From NCBI GenBank assembly GCA_951406725.2, contig OX597839.1, positions 18,290,001 through 18,354,000 on the forward strand: 64,000 nucleotides of DNA. The letters run 5' to 3'. Of this stretch, positions 50,926-64,000 are shown in pieces. The translations under genes and the position numbers were made by a program. Within the stretch, counting starts at the first letter, position 1. The number at the start of each line of letters is the position of its first letter. The DNA is from Octopus vulgaris. Lineage: Eukaryota. Below the pieces are notes generated by a model. The model was not told the origin of the DNA. It did not search any database and saw only the letters and a list, made by a program, of their open reading frames with translations.

Positions 50926-52069
50926 TGTTTGTGTTATGTTCAGTTATAATCATCATCATCATCATCATTGTTGTTGTTTAACATCCACTTTCCATGCTGG
51001 CCTGTGTTGGACGGTTTGACTGAGGCCTGGCAAGCCAGAAGGCTGCACCAGACTCCAATCTGATCTGGCAAAGTTTCTACAGATGGATGCTCTTCCTAAA
51101 GCCAACCACTTCGAGAGTGTAGTGGGTGCTTTTTACGTGCAACCGACACGAGGGCCAGTCAAGCACTTGAATGGTGCTTTTTACATGCCACCGGCACGGC
51201 AGCCAGTCAGGTTGCACTGGCAATGACCACATTCAAATAGTGCTTTTTATGTGCCACCGGCATGGGACCAGTCAGCCAGCACTGGTATGAACCACGCTCG
51301 AATGATGCTTTTTACATGCTACCAGCACGGGAGCCAGTCAGGCGGAAATGGCAACGACCACACTTGAATATGCTTTTTACGTACCACCATGCTGACAACA
51401 ACCATGCTCAAATAGTGCTTTTTACATGCCACTAGCATGGGTGCCAATCAAGGCCAGAAATTTGTGGTGAGAGGGCTAATCGATTACGTCGACTCCAGAG
51501 CTTCACTGGTACTTAATTTATTGACCCCAAAAAGATAAAAGACAAAATCGACCTCGACAGAATTTGAACTCAGAACATAGCAACAGGCGAAATGCTACTA
51601 GGCATTTTACCTAGCATGCTAATGATACTGTGGCCATGCTGGAGCGCCACTTTAAAGGATTTTAGTTGAAGAAATCAACCCCACGATTTATTCTTTATAA
51701 GTCTCTCCTTTGTTGAACTGATAAGTTACGAGGGCTTAAGCACACTAACAACAGTTGTCAAGTGATAGTAGGGGGACACAAAGACACACACATGTTTGTG
51801 TGTGTATGTATGTATGTATGTATGTATGTATGTATGTGTGTGTATGTATATATATATATATGAGAAGAAAAAGACAATCTCCATTGTCTTTTTCTTCTCA
51901 TATATATATATATATACATACACACACATACATACATACATACATACACTGGAGGTGAATAATTGTTTATTATTAACTTCCCAATTTCTATTTTCTTTTT
52001 CTTCTTTTAAGGAAATTAATTCCTGCCAAATACTTACATCAACATCAAAATCAAATGGAAATTGTAGTT

Positions 52070-52394
52070 GTGAGCCCCGTGCCGGTAGCATGTAAAAAGC
52101 GCCATCTGAACGTGGTCAATACCAGTGCCACTTTGACTGGCTTCCATGCCTGTGACATGTAAAAAGTACCATCCAATTGTGGTCGATGCCGGCTCCTCTG
52201 GCCCCTGTGCCAGTGGCATGTAAAAAGCACCCACTACACTCTCGGAGTGGTTGGTGTTAGGAAGGGCATCCAGCTGTAGAAACACTGCCAGATCAGACTG
52301 GGGCCTGGTGCAGCCTCCTGGCTTCCCAGACCCTAGTCGAACTGTCCAACCCAGGCCAGCATGGAAAACGGACGTTAAACGATGATGATGATGA
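52070..52394 (+). mobile_element. (GAT)n-tailed non-LTR element 3' end (family D) with ~60-bp tandem subunits
   Basis: ...GTTAGGAAGGGCATCCAGCTGTAGAAAC...CATGGAAAACGGACGTTAAACGATGATGATG. Copies at about 1115-1378, 4410-4810, 8800-9408, 11010-11200, 32050-32350 and 50950-51450(-). Confidence 0.75.
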
Positions 52395-52473
52395 TAGAAC
52401 CAGTTTTTCTTTGGATGAAACCATCCCTTCATGATGTTAACACAATCTTTAATTGAATTTATATATATATAGT

Positions 52474-52808
52474 AAAGGCGCATGGCTCAGTGGTTAGAGT
52501 GTCAAGCTTATGATCATGAGGTTGTGAGTTCAAATCCTGGACCGGGTTACATGTTGTGTTCTTGAGCAAGACACTTTATTTAACGTTGCTCCAGTTCACT
52601 CAGCTGTAGAAATGGGTTGCGACGTCACTGGTGCCAAGCTGTATTGGCCTTTGCCTTTCCCTTGGATAACATCAGTGGTGTGGAGAGGGGAGGCCAGTAT
52701 GCATGGGCGACTACTGGTCTTCCATAAATAACCTTGCCCGGAATTGTGCCTGGGAGGGTAACTTTCTTGGTGCAATCCCATTGGTCAGTCATGACTGAAG
52801 GGGGTCTC
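52474..52808 (+). mobile_element. tRNA-derived SINE family C
   Basis: GGCGCATGGCTCAGTGGTTAGAG...GAGTTCAAATCC head, then TGTGTTCTTGAGCAAGACACTTTA core. Copies at about 63334-63667, 22155-22400, 62451-62775 and 3965-4278(-). Confidence 0.8.
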
Positions 52809-53033
52809 AGCATAACTATATATATATATAAATGATAGGTTTCTTTCAGTTTTTGCCTACGAAATTCACTCACAAGGCTTTGGTTGGCCTGAAGCTATAG
52901 TAGAAGATACTAGCCCAAAGTACCACACAATGGGACTGAACCTGGAACCATGTGGTTGGGAAGCAAGCTTCTTACCACACAGCCATTTCTACATATATTT
53001 ATATACACACACACACACACACACAAACAGACA

Positions 53034-53070
<37 letters not shown>

Positions 53071-53342
53071 AAAAATATGTGTAAACACAACGCAATGGTG
53101 TGACATGTTAATGTTTAGCTATAATTTTGCAAGCAATTTCTTGAATGGTCAGATTCCAATGATTTATTTGGGTGAAATATTGTGACATATGGGTTAATGA
53201 CATTTAGAATATGTGTATAAGTGTGTGTGTGTGTGTGTGTATACATATTTATAAACACATGTCATTCTCTTCACTGTCGTCGTTGTCATGGTTATCATTT
53301 CTACATCTATTTTTCCATGCTGGCATTGGTTGGACTGTTTTT

Positions 53343-53527
53343 ATGTATGTATGTATGTATGTATGTATGTGTGTGTATGTATGTAAGTGTATGCATATAT
53401 GTATGTATGTGTGTGTGTGTATATGTATGTATGTATGTATGTAAATGTATGTATGTATGTATGTGTGTATGTATGTATGTATGTAAGTGTATGTATGTAT
53501 GTATGTATGTATGTATGTATGTATGTA

Positions 53528-53580
<53 letters not shown>

Positions 53581-53612
53581 TTGTATGCATATATGTCTCT
53601 CTCTCTCTCTCA
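53343..53612. repeat. (TATG)n microsatellite
   Basis: Direct reading. Confidence 0.95.
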
Positions 53613-53869
53613 GTCTCACATGCACACCCATACAGAGTGTGATGGATAAATTGTTGTCATTTTATATTTTTAATTTCATGCATTTGTATTGTTTGTTTTT
53701 GATTTTGTTGACTACACAGTATAGTAGGGTCAGTTGGGCACCATCTGTGAGAAAAACAGCACCATGACACAATTCAGAAATTTGGAAACATTCATGCTAA
53801 AAGCTCCAATATGAACATTTCAGAGTGTTTAGGTGTCAGTATGAGGGCATGTACTGAGAGTGATAAAAA

Positions 53870-54383
53870 TCAAACATCCAGTTAACATGGTGTTTAAAGT
53901 TATGTTATGCATCCATTCATCTTCCCACATGGCCTCAGCCTCAACACAGAAGCCTACATCAAAGGCCTGGTGGAGGTAGTGCTGCCTTGGCTCTAGAGGG
54001 TGGCTGCTGGAAGACACTACATCTTGCAACAGGACTCTGCACCATGCCACACAAACAGGAGAACCCAGTCATGGCTGTCAGACAATTTCTGCAACCACAT
54101 CACCCCTAACATCAGGCCACCAAAGTCCCTAGATTGCAACCCCCTTGTTTATTATGTGCTGGGTGCAGTTGAGCAAGAGACCAGCAAAACTCCTTGTAAC
54201 ACTAAAGATGAACTGAAGGCAAGGATTATGGCAGCATTCACCAACTTAAACAAGAAGACCATCCAGAAGAGTTGCAGGAGATTCTGAAGTCATATGGAAG
54301 CAGTGGTTGAAGCCAATGGCGATTTTATTGAATAAATTTACTCTTTAGTATTTCAAGATATTTTTATGTAATTTTGGTAAATA
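53870..54383 (+). pseudogene. Tc1/mariner (maT-like) transposase remnant
   Basis: YILQQDSAPCH...PPKSLDCNPLVYYVLGAVE...KDELKARI. Confidence 0.75.
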
Positions 54384-55584
54384 TCTCTTATTATAAAAGG
54401 CAGATTTTATCTGCCTCCCTTTGTCAGTTATAGAAATCTACAATATAGGATTTCTTCAATTACAATTTACCTAGCATTTTTAAGAGTAGAATGCATCGGG
54501 TTTTGCCAGGTCCAGTTTTTAAAATTTAAACTCCAATTAAGCAAAATTTACAGAAAACTCACATTCTGGTGTGTATGTCAAATGCTTTTCTTAGTCTGGT
54601 TAACAGCACATGCAAACGCACACACACAGTGTGCAACGAACAAAGTGAAACTAGATGTAATATTTTTTTCTGTCTATCACGCTGATAGATACATGAGTAA
54701 AATGTATGGCAAGCTAACAGATAAGAGTGAGTGAAAATGTTCTTGGAAGAGAGTAAATAGCGACAGAGTGATTTGAGGAAGACTAAACTGAAAGTATGAA
54801 ACAGTGTTTATGTATAAACAGACGACACTTATATATAGTTATAAATGTATGCATCCGTTTAACCCTTTCGTTACCAAACCGCCCGAATTTACCTATTCAT
54901 ATTTAAATGAGAATATCAGAGTAAATCTCTTTAGTACATTCGTGAAAACACGTATTATACTTCGTAAACACTTCAAATACAGTTTTGTACAAAAATCGAA
55001 GTGTAATTTTAATTCCGTGAATTATGGGAGATTTTTTTCAGAAATTTGTTCCTATTGTGTTTTCAAAATTTGTAATTCTGACAAAAAATGGATACGAATT
55101 TCATTATATCAAGCAGCGAGTCAGAATTCAAAGGATTTTCTACTCAAGACCTTCATAAATCTAACTCTATGACTGAAAAAAAAAAGCATCTTTATATAAG
55201 AGTGAAGTTGTGTGTCTGTCTCCTACGATTTAGATTCGTAACTACTCCCACATTTTGCGGTGCAGTTTAACCAAAAGCGGGTATCTTATAGTCGTGATTC
55301 ATATCGAGCCCTTCTGGGTATTAGCGCACGTCTACGATGAGTCTACGATTTAAAAAAAATTTACCATCATATTTTTCCATTTTAATGCATTTTTTTCGCT
55401 TTTATATAAGGGAAGTAACTCTCTAAAAATATCTACGATGTGTCAACGATTTAAAAAAAAAATTTACCTTAATTTTTTTTCAATTTTTAATGCATTTTTT
55501 TGCTATTTTTTGGCTATAACTCTCTAAAAATGCTTATATAGTTATTTCCCTTACAACCCGAGCAACGCCGGGCGATACTGCTAG
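54384..55584 (+). mobile_element. Non-autonomous Helitron (composite) inserted in the 3' end of the maT-like remnant
   Basis: 5' TC start, 3' hairpin CCCG-agcaacgc-CGGG (55557-55572) then CTAG, inserted at A|T without a TSD. A second Helitron-like 5' end occurs near 55189. Confidence 0.75.
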
Positions 55585-55657
55585 TATCTGTTAAATGAGA
55601 TGTCAATGTTATTTTTATTTTTGCATAATTTAGACAACAGTTTAGTCACTGTATCCT

Positions 55658-55699
<42 letters not shown>

Positions 55700-55937
55700 T
55701 GCAATTACAGCATGTAATTTACATTTTAGGCATTCAAAAACAAGAAAAACCTATTTAACTTCACTTAACATTTTAGCATTCAGGTTACTTTGTCAAAGGG
55801 GAGGCCTATGGGACGGTTGGGCAAGTTGTTTTGAGAAAACTTGGTTTAAATGTTTGACAACTCAGCACTGTCCATTAGATGGGGGTGGTGGTGGTGGGGC
55901 GTTTTGCTTGTGTATATACATACATATATATATATAC

Positions 55938-55991
<54 letters not shown>

Positions 55992-57865
55992 GTGTGAGCA
56001 TATCTGTGTTTGTCCCTCACCACTGCTTGAAAACCAGTGTTGGTGTGGTTATGTCCCTATAACTTAGCAGCTTGGCAAAAAGAGATACTGGGGTCGATTT
56101 GTTCAACTAAAGTCCTTCAAGGCATTGCCCTAGCATGGCTGCAGTCTAATGACTGAAACAAGTAAAAAGCAAAAGATAAAGAGTCCTTTAATGCTTTTTA
56201 AATGGCTAAAATCTGTCTTCCATTAAGTAGGATTCAGATCAATAAAAAAGTTATTGTAAGCAAAATCTGGTAGAAGGTGAATGTGTGGGAGTTATTAAAT
56301 GACCTGCTCAGTTTAGTGCCATTATCTATCATTATCTATCAAGGACTTTAGAGTCCTTGCTGTTACAAACATTTTGAACAAGCATCCAGTCTGAGTATAT
56401 ATATATTTTTTGATTCTTCCCACCGGTCATGGCAGCCGTGAATAAGGCCATTGCTACTGGTCTCTCTCTTGGCTATGTCACTGAAAGAAATGACATGAAA
56501 ATGAATAAATTTATGTCGTTTATACAAGATATGTATTATCAAATAATGATTGAGAAATAAGCCAAGGATCATCGAAACAAAATTCTCATGGCCAGAAAAG
56601 TTCTCAAGATGAATAACAAATACCTTGATCCATTTACATAGACAAGTCAAGGAGAGGTGGAAAGAAAGGCAACACAAAAATAATAGCTGAGTGAGAATAA
56701 AACAATTTACTCACACATAAAACCAGGAAATAGAGAAAGAAAGAAAGGAAGGCTTTCAAAATCATAAAAGCCAAACCTAAAATGTTTTGTATAACTGAGA
56801 AAGAAAATATAGTTTTAATGCATTGCAAATTCAAGTTATTGTCTCAGGTACATTCTTTTCGTCTGTAACTTGTTTAAGCCATTTGACTGCAGCCATGCTG
56901 GAGCACCATCTAAAAGGGTCTTAGTCGAAGAAATCAACCCCAGGACTTATTCTTTGTAAGCCTAGTATTTATTCTATCAGTGTCTTTTGTCGAACCACTA
57001 AGTTATGGGAACATAAACACACTAACATTAGTTGTCAAGCGATGATAGTGAGGACAAAGACACACACACAGATATACTTGTGTGTCTGTGTTTGTCCCCC
57101 CAACATCGCTTGACAACCAAAGGTGGTGTGTTTACATCCCCATAACTTAGCAGTTCGGCAAAAAACCTCAATAGAATAAGTCCTGGGGTTGATTTGCACG
57201 ACTAAAGGTGGTGCTCCAGCATGGCCATAGTCAAATGACTGAAACAAGTAAAAGAAAATAATGATTTTGAAGACTGCAGAATAAATAAGAATCAGATGGG
57301 GCAATGTCTGGCAAGCATAAAGACAGATGTAACACTGCTAAGCATTTTGTCTTGTGCGCTAACAATTCTGCCAGCTTACCATCTGAGATTTGTGAAATAT
57401 TGATCTCAAATTTTGGCACAAGGCCACCAAATTCAGGAGATAGGATAAGTCGAAATCAACCCCAGTGTTCAACTGGTACTTATTTTATTGACCTTGGCAG
57501 AATTTGAACTCAGAACATAAAGATGGATGAAATTCTGTTAAACATTCTGCTAGCTCGTCTGTGAAATATTGAAAGAAAGTTTCAACACTGCAGCTCACTT
57601 GTATCATGTTTGTCCATCAGAAAGAAAGATGAGAGATGGAAATATTTTTGACTGGACTCAAAAATAGAAATTGTTACACTTCATGTTCATTGGTAAGAGT
57701 GATGAGGACCCTCTTGTCAACCTCAAAGAAGGCTGATGACCTGTACAGTGACTTTATGAAGAAGAGTTGCACACCATCAACTCACTCTCTAATTCATGAC
57801 CATCTTCAGTCCAGTGGCAAGATCGGGTCAAGATACATATACATACATATACACACACACACACA

Positions 57866-58085
57866 TGAACATGACATACAACGGGGAGACATCTAGCAGC
57901 ATTGCGGAAAGACTAAATGACTATTTGAGACAATATGACGACAAAAAACAGTCCTCCATACTCTACCATCATGCCAAGGACCAACATAGCGGCAACCTGG
58001 ATCAACTTGACATCCACATTTTATGCAAGCATCCAAAGAACTCAACTCTTAGATAAATGAAACATCCCCAGTAGTAAATAGGAAA
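57866..58085 (+). pseudogene. Penelope-like element GIY-YIG endonuclease remnant
   Basis: YNGETSSSIAERLNDY...SSILYHHAKDQH...IHILCKH...LR resembles the Y(I)GET..R..EH...S.L..H...H pattern of PLE GIY-YIG domains. Interrupted by a stop and a microsatellite. Confidence 0.55.
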
Positions 58086-58599
58086 TATACCTAATAGGTA
58101 ATTATACCCTCACACCCACAGTTTATATTTATATACAAGTGGGCTGTTATGTAGATGTATATATATATATATGTTTGTGTATGTGTATATATGTATATAT
58201 ATATGCATATGTATGTTGGCAAATGGATATGAATATAAACATAGATATACAGATGGATAGGGTGAGCTGAAAGAAGCTCATTGTGTAGAAGACACTTGTC
58301 CAAAGTGCCACACAGTGGGACTGAACCCAGAATCAGCTTGTATGTAGTATATGTTCTGAGGTTTCTGTGAGTGCCTCAATGATGATATTCTCTCAAGCTT
58401 TTTTGCTATTTTGTCAGTGTCAGTCAAGGCCACTTGACCCTTCATGATCAAGAAGTTCTCTGATGTTCTATGTTCTCACACTTAATCTGCATTTCTACAC
58501 TTTGTTAAGTGAAAAGTTTTTTTTTTTGTATTTCAAGCTTCAGTTAATAGTTCAAACAAATTGCACAAGAAGAGTGTTTATTCATCAAAATATATATAC

Positions 58600-59075
58600 C
58601 TTCATATTCATTGCTATTGTTGTGCCAGAAGCTCAATTCCATGATTATACCATTTGGCTGGTTTAGAAGTAAAAAGTTGCTGCTCCCATTTGAACTTCAT
58701 CAACATGGTTGAACCTTGATCTGTGCAGGAAATGAGACAAGGCTTGGGAAAGATGGTTAACTGATGGCACAAGATCTGGACTGTATATACATGTGTGTAT
58801 ATATACAGTCCAAGATCTGGACTGTAAGGCAGCACTTCCAGCCCCTCAAGTTTCTCATGATTATACCATTTGGCTGGGGTATTAGAAGTAAAAAGTTGAC
58901 CAATGCTCCCATTTGCAAGCTTTCATCAAGCATGGTTGATACTCACTTGTAATTCTGTGCAGGAAATGAGACAGATTAGAATTTACAGCATGACCATCTG
59001 GGACAAGCTCAAAGGGCAACACCCTTGATATTCCACCAAACACACAACATGTTCTTCTGTTCAAATCACCCTTGT
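58600..59075 (-). pseudogene. Mariner remnant with local tandem duplication
   Basis: FELVPDGHAVNS and LPYSPDL motifs. Block catgattataccatttggctgg... repeated near 58640 and 58856. Confidence 0.55.
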
Positions 59076-59298
59076 TTGACAGCAGATTCTTAAGCCTGGC
59101 CAGAAGAAAGCCACCGATTTCTCTTATTAGGATTACAAAAATGGATCAATTTGCCAATTTGCTAAGTTTTGGGGACATAAACACACCAGTACTGATTGTC
59201 AAGCAGTGGTGGGGGACAAACACTACTACAAAGACACATAGATGCACACATGCACACACTCACACACACAACACACACACACACACAACACACATACA

Positions 59299-59352
<54 letters not shown>

Positions 59353-59592
59353 TATACAATTGGCTTCTGTCAGTTTCTGTCTACCAAATCCACTCACAAG
59401 ACTTTAGATGGGCTTGGGGCTTTAGTAGAAAATACTTACCCAAGGTGCCACACAGTGGGACTGAACCTGGAATCATGTGGTTCAGAAGCAATCTTCTAAC
59501 CACACAACCACACACACACATACCAATAAAATTCAAGGATGTTACACTACCGTGTACAATATGCATCTTGATTCTGGGGACCTAAATTAACT

Positions 59593-59630
<38 letters not shown>

Positions 59631-60051
59631 GCAGTACTTCACACCTGTTGCACACCTGTTGTACTAAGTAGACATTCTTCTTTAAACCACTATATAAGTT
59701 TTTAATATCTTTTATCTTTAATTGTTTCAGACTGTGGCCATACTGGAGCATCACCTTCAAGTGTTTTTAGTTGACTGAATCAATCCCAATACTTTTATCA
59801 GTCTCTTTCACTGAACCACTAAGTTACAGGGGACATAAACACACCAACAGACTGGGCGATGTGACTGTTTATGAGCAAAACACCTAAGCTCCACACAGCT
59901 CCGGCAGAAGGTAATGGCAAAACTTCTGCTGATTCTTTCGCCACAACTTTCTCTCACTCTTTCCTCCTGCATCTTGCAGGTTAGCTGCAAGATGCAGGAG
60001 GAAAGAGTGAGAGAAAGTTGTGGCGAAAGAGTGAGCAAAGTTCGCCATCTT

Positions 60052-60407
<356 letters not shown>

Positions 60408-60737
60408 GATGGGCTCCCACACAGTTTCTGTCAACCAAATTTACTCATGGAGCATTGGTCAGTGAAAGAAAGATATAAGAAAGTTGTTTGTTTGCCATCC
60501 TATTGGTTATTCAGATATTGTATTTAAAACTGCATACATTATCTAATGTATTCTTTTCCTAAGATGCTGGGTGCATTTTGAGGGAAATTTGGCTGCTATT
60601 TCTAGCAGGTCGAGTGACGACATAGAGGCTCCAATGTTGGCTTGTGGATTATGGTATTGATTTATCTTGTTTTCATATCTTTTTCCTATACATACTATTG
60701 ATGATTATACTGCACATGCTACACCTTATTTCTCACC

Positions 60738-60787
<50 letters not shown>

Positions 60788-60909
60788 TGTCACCTGTCTC
60801 TTTACACACACACACCCATGCACATGTATATATTGATGCTATATTGATGTTTTTTTTGTTGAACAATTTTAATATTGTGTTGTGTGTGGGGAGAGTCATA
60901 CTGTCTTAA

Positions 60910-61385
60910 CCCTTTCTATACGAACCCGGCTGAAACCTTGTTTACATAAGTTTTGAATTAAAATCTTCCACCAAACCTTAGCTGAAACCCTAAGTTATTT
61001 TACTAAATTCTGAAAGGAACACAGAGCATCTCAACAGTAGTAACAAATGTCTTGTTTACATAAGTTTTGAATTAAAATCTTCCACCAAACCTTAGTCACA
61101 ATTTATGTTCCTAACACTAGCTTAATGATAACTAAGTTATTTTACTAAATTCTTTGTTATATTTAAAATTAATTGAAAGGAACACAGAGCATCTCAACAG
61201 AAATATGGTAACAAATGTCTTGTTTTGATAAGTTCTGTATTAAAATCTTCCACCAAACCTTAGTCACAATTAATGTTCCTAAAACTACCTTAATGATAAC
61301 TAAGTTACTTTACTAAATTCCCTGTTATATTTTTAAAAATTGAAGAAACACAGAGCATCTCAAAATAAATACATTAACAAAAGGG
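60910..61385. mobile_element. piggyBac-type MITE of the same family with internal tandem repetition
   Basis: TTAA|CCCTTT...AAGGG|TTAA. The internal block ttaaaatcttccaccaaaccttag occurs three times. Confidence 0.75.
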
Positions 61386-64000
61386 TTAATGCCTTATTGT
61401 CTGACACACTCATTGATTTGATTTACACTCATTTATTATTTACATATTTTTTCTTCCAAAACTTTTGTTGCTTTTGCATCCTTGTCAATGGATGTTGACT
61501 CTGTCCAAATGGTTTCAAATTCTGGCACAAGGGTCAGCAATTTTTAGGTGGATGTAAGTGGATTGCATCAACCCCAGTGCTTAACTGGTCCTTATTTTAT
61601 TGACCCTAACTCAGAACATAAAGACAGATGAAGTGCCGCTAAGAATTTTGCCCAGCGTGGCTACAAGCCTGTCACCTTGCTGCTCTGGAGAATAACTCAA
61701 TACTGTTTTATAAATTATATGTTTATTAATTACAATAACGAGCAATAGGTGTAGGAGTGGCTGTGTGGTAAGTAGCTTGCTTATGAACCACGTGGTTCTG
61801 GGTTCAGTCCCACTGCGTGGCACCTTGGGCAAGTGTCTTCTGCTATAGCCTTGGGCCGACCAAAGCCTTGTGAGTGGATTTGGTAGACAGAAACTGAAAG
61901 AATCCCGTCGTATATATGTATATATATATGTATGTGTGTATATATGTGTGTCTGTGTTTGTCCCCCCAACATCACTTGACAAGATATATATATATATATC
62001 TTGTATATATATATATATTTTATTGAGTGTGTATATATATATATGAACATAAACACACATATGTTTATATATATATGTGTATATATTTATGTGTGTGTGT
62101 GTGTTTCCCCCCCACACACACACTGCCATCTGACACCCAGTATTTCCTTTGAACGAAAGAGACCAATAGACTGTATACCAGTCTTTAAAAGAAACACACA
62201 AGAACTGGGGTTGATTTGTTCAGTTAAAATCCTTCAAGGTATGCTCCAGCATGGCCACAGCTCAATAAAGTAAAAGACGAAAGATAAAAAGACATAGATG
62301 ATAAATTTGTTTTTGATACAACTATATCTGATGAGAGAAGGCTGGATTGTCAAGGCTGGAACTCCTTTGATCATAGATCAAAACTGGATCAGAATTAACA
62401 CAGAGATAAACTACAACAACAATAACAAAGTTTCCATTTACTACCTTTGTGAAGGTGCATGGCTTAGAGGTTTAGGGTATATGGCTCACAACTGTAAGGT
62501 CACGAGTTCAATCCCCGGCAGCGCATGTGGTGTGTTGTGTCCTTGAGCAAGACACTTTATTTTATGTTGCTCCAATTCACTCAGCTGGTAAAATAGTAGT
62601 ACCTGTAATTCAATGGGCCAACCTTGTCGAATTCTGTGTCACGCTGAATATCTCTGAGAACTACATTGAGGGTACTCATGTCTGTGGAGCACTCAGCCAC
62701 AGGCTTATTAATTTCATGAGCAGATTGTTCCATTGATCAGATCAACTGGAACATTCGACATAATAACCAGTGGAATGCCAATTAGTTAGTTTGGAACTTA
62801 AATTAATATGAAATTTTGAACGAAGCTTTGAATTCAGATTATTTTAAAACCTGAATTTTTTGCACCCCAGAACCATGGTAGGTCTCAGGAAGGTTTGTAT
62901 CAAAAGGTTTCCTGCTTAAATTGATATTTTCTCTAAGAGTGTTTGCATGCGAATTGATCGTTAACAGCTGTTTACATATATGACATGTGTCCTTCAGATC
63001 AATAACGAGGGTCATTTTATTGTTTTATTGACATAGCAAATAATTTATTCATGAAAAGTGGAAAAAAATAAAACAAACAAACTTTGTAACCATAGTAACA
63101 TAAACAACAGTGAAATGTATTGACGGCTGAAGCATGGAACAAACTACCTGCACCAGTTGTTAGTTGCTGAGACATTGCATCCTTTAAAACCTCCATGCTT
63201 CCTGAAATTCGCCAACACTACACCTAATATCCCCTTCTCTATACGCATGTACACGTATATATCATGACTCATACACTGTTCACTTTTCTGCCTTTGGTAT
63301 ATAATTCTATATATTGTACATGCACCTTTGTGTGAAGGCGCATGGCTCAGTGGTTAGAGCGTCAAATTTATGACCATGAGGTAGGGAATTTGAATCCCGG
63401 ACCAGGTTGTGTGTTGTGTTCTTGAGCAAGACACTTTACTTCATGTTGCTTCAATTCACTCAGCTGTAGAAATGAGTTGCAACATCACAGGTGCCAAGCT
63501 GTATCAGCCTTTGCCTTTCCCTTGGATAACATCAGTGGAATGGAGAGGGGAGGCCGGTATGCATGGGTGACTGCTAGTCTTCAATAAACAACCTTGCCCG
63601 GACTTGTGCTTGGGAGGGTAACTTTCTAGGTGCGGTCCTGTGGTTAGTCATGACCGAAGAGGGTCTCAACATACACCTTTGATGAGTTGTTGTGCACCTG
63701 AGCACTATACACAATAATTTCATTATTTTTTTAATTTTAAATTTTAGCACAAGGCCAGCGATTACAGGGAAGGGAATTGAACTCATGACCTTACAATTGT
63801 GAGCCATATACCCTAACCATGCACCTTCACAATTTAAGCTGTAAACCTCTTGATACAAATCTGCTTGAGACTTACTATGGTTCTGTGACACAAAAATTCA
63901 GGTTTTAAAATAATCTGAATTAGAATCTTCATTGAAAATTTCATATTAATTAAGGTTCCAAACTAATTAACTGGCACTCCACTGGTTATGATGACAGGGG

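Noticed and set aside
52477-52548. tRNA gene
   Set aside because: The tRNA-like head continues into a SINE body repeated elsewhere, and there is no intact cloverleaf.
56363-56677. 104-aa minus-strand ORF with an acceptor-like tttctttcAG near 56482
   Set aside because: No recognisable homology, weak donor and no supporting neighbouring exons.

Overview
AT-rich, microsatellite- and repeat-dense animal genomic DNA. The repeat families and composition suggest an octopus or other coleoid cephalopod (inference). The only host gene I can support is XBP1 on the minus strand, in three coding exons (20851-20400, 9993-9496, 7784-6930/7604). Exon 2 carries a complete IRE1-type non-spliceosomal 20-nt intron (9564-9583): two CNG|CNGC 7-nt-loop hairpins closed by a 9-bp basal stem. 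Unspliced mRNA gives a 376-aa XBP1u ending in an HR2-like hydrophobic segment and an arrest-peptide-like tail (WWGPQQHNWTPSMNL). Removing the 20 nt shifts the frame and gives a 594-aa XBP1s with an acidic tail. The rest is transposon-derived: ten Merlin-like MITEs with 8-bp TSDs, piggyBac and Tc1/mariner MITEs and remnants, Helitron/Helentron elements, several SINE families and a Penelope-like GIY-YIG remnant. There are also at least four distinct families of minimal hammerhead-ribozyme-like motifs, one a tandem pair with a compensatory G3:C8 core swap. All folds and alignments were done by eye, and repeat boundaries are approximate unless a TSD is quoted.
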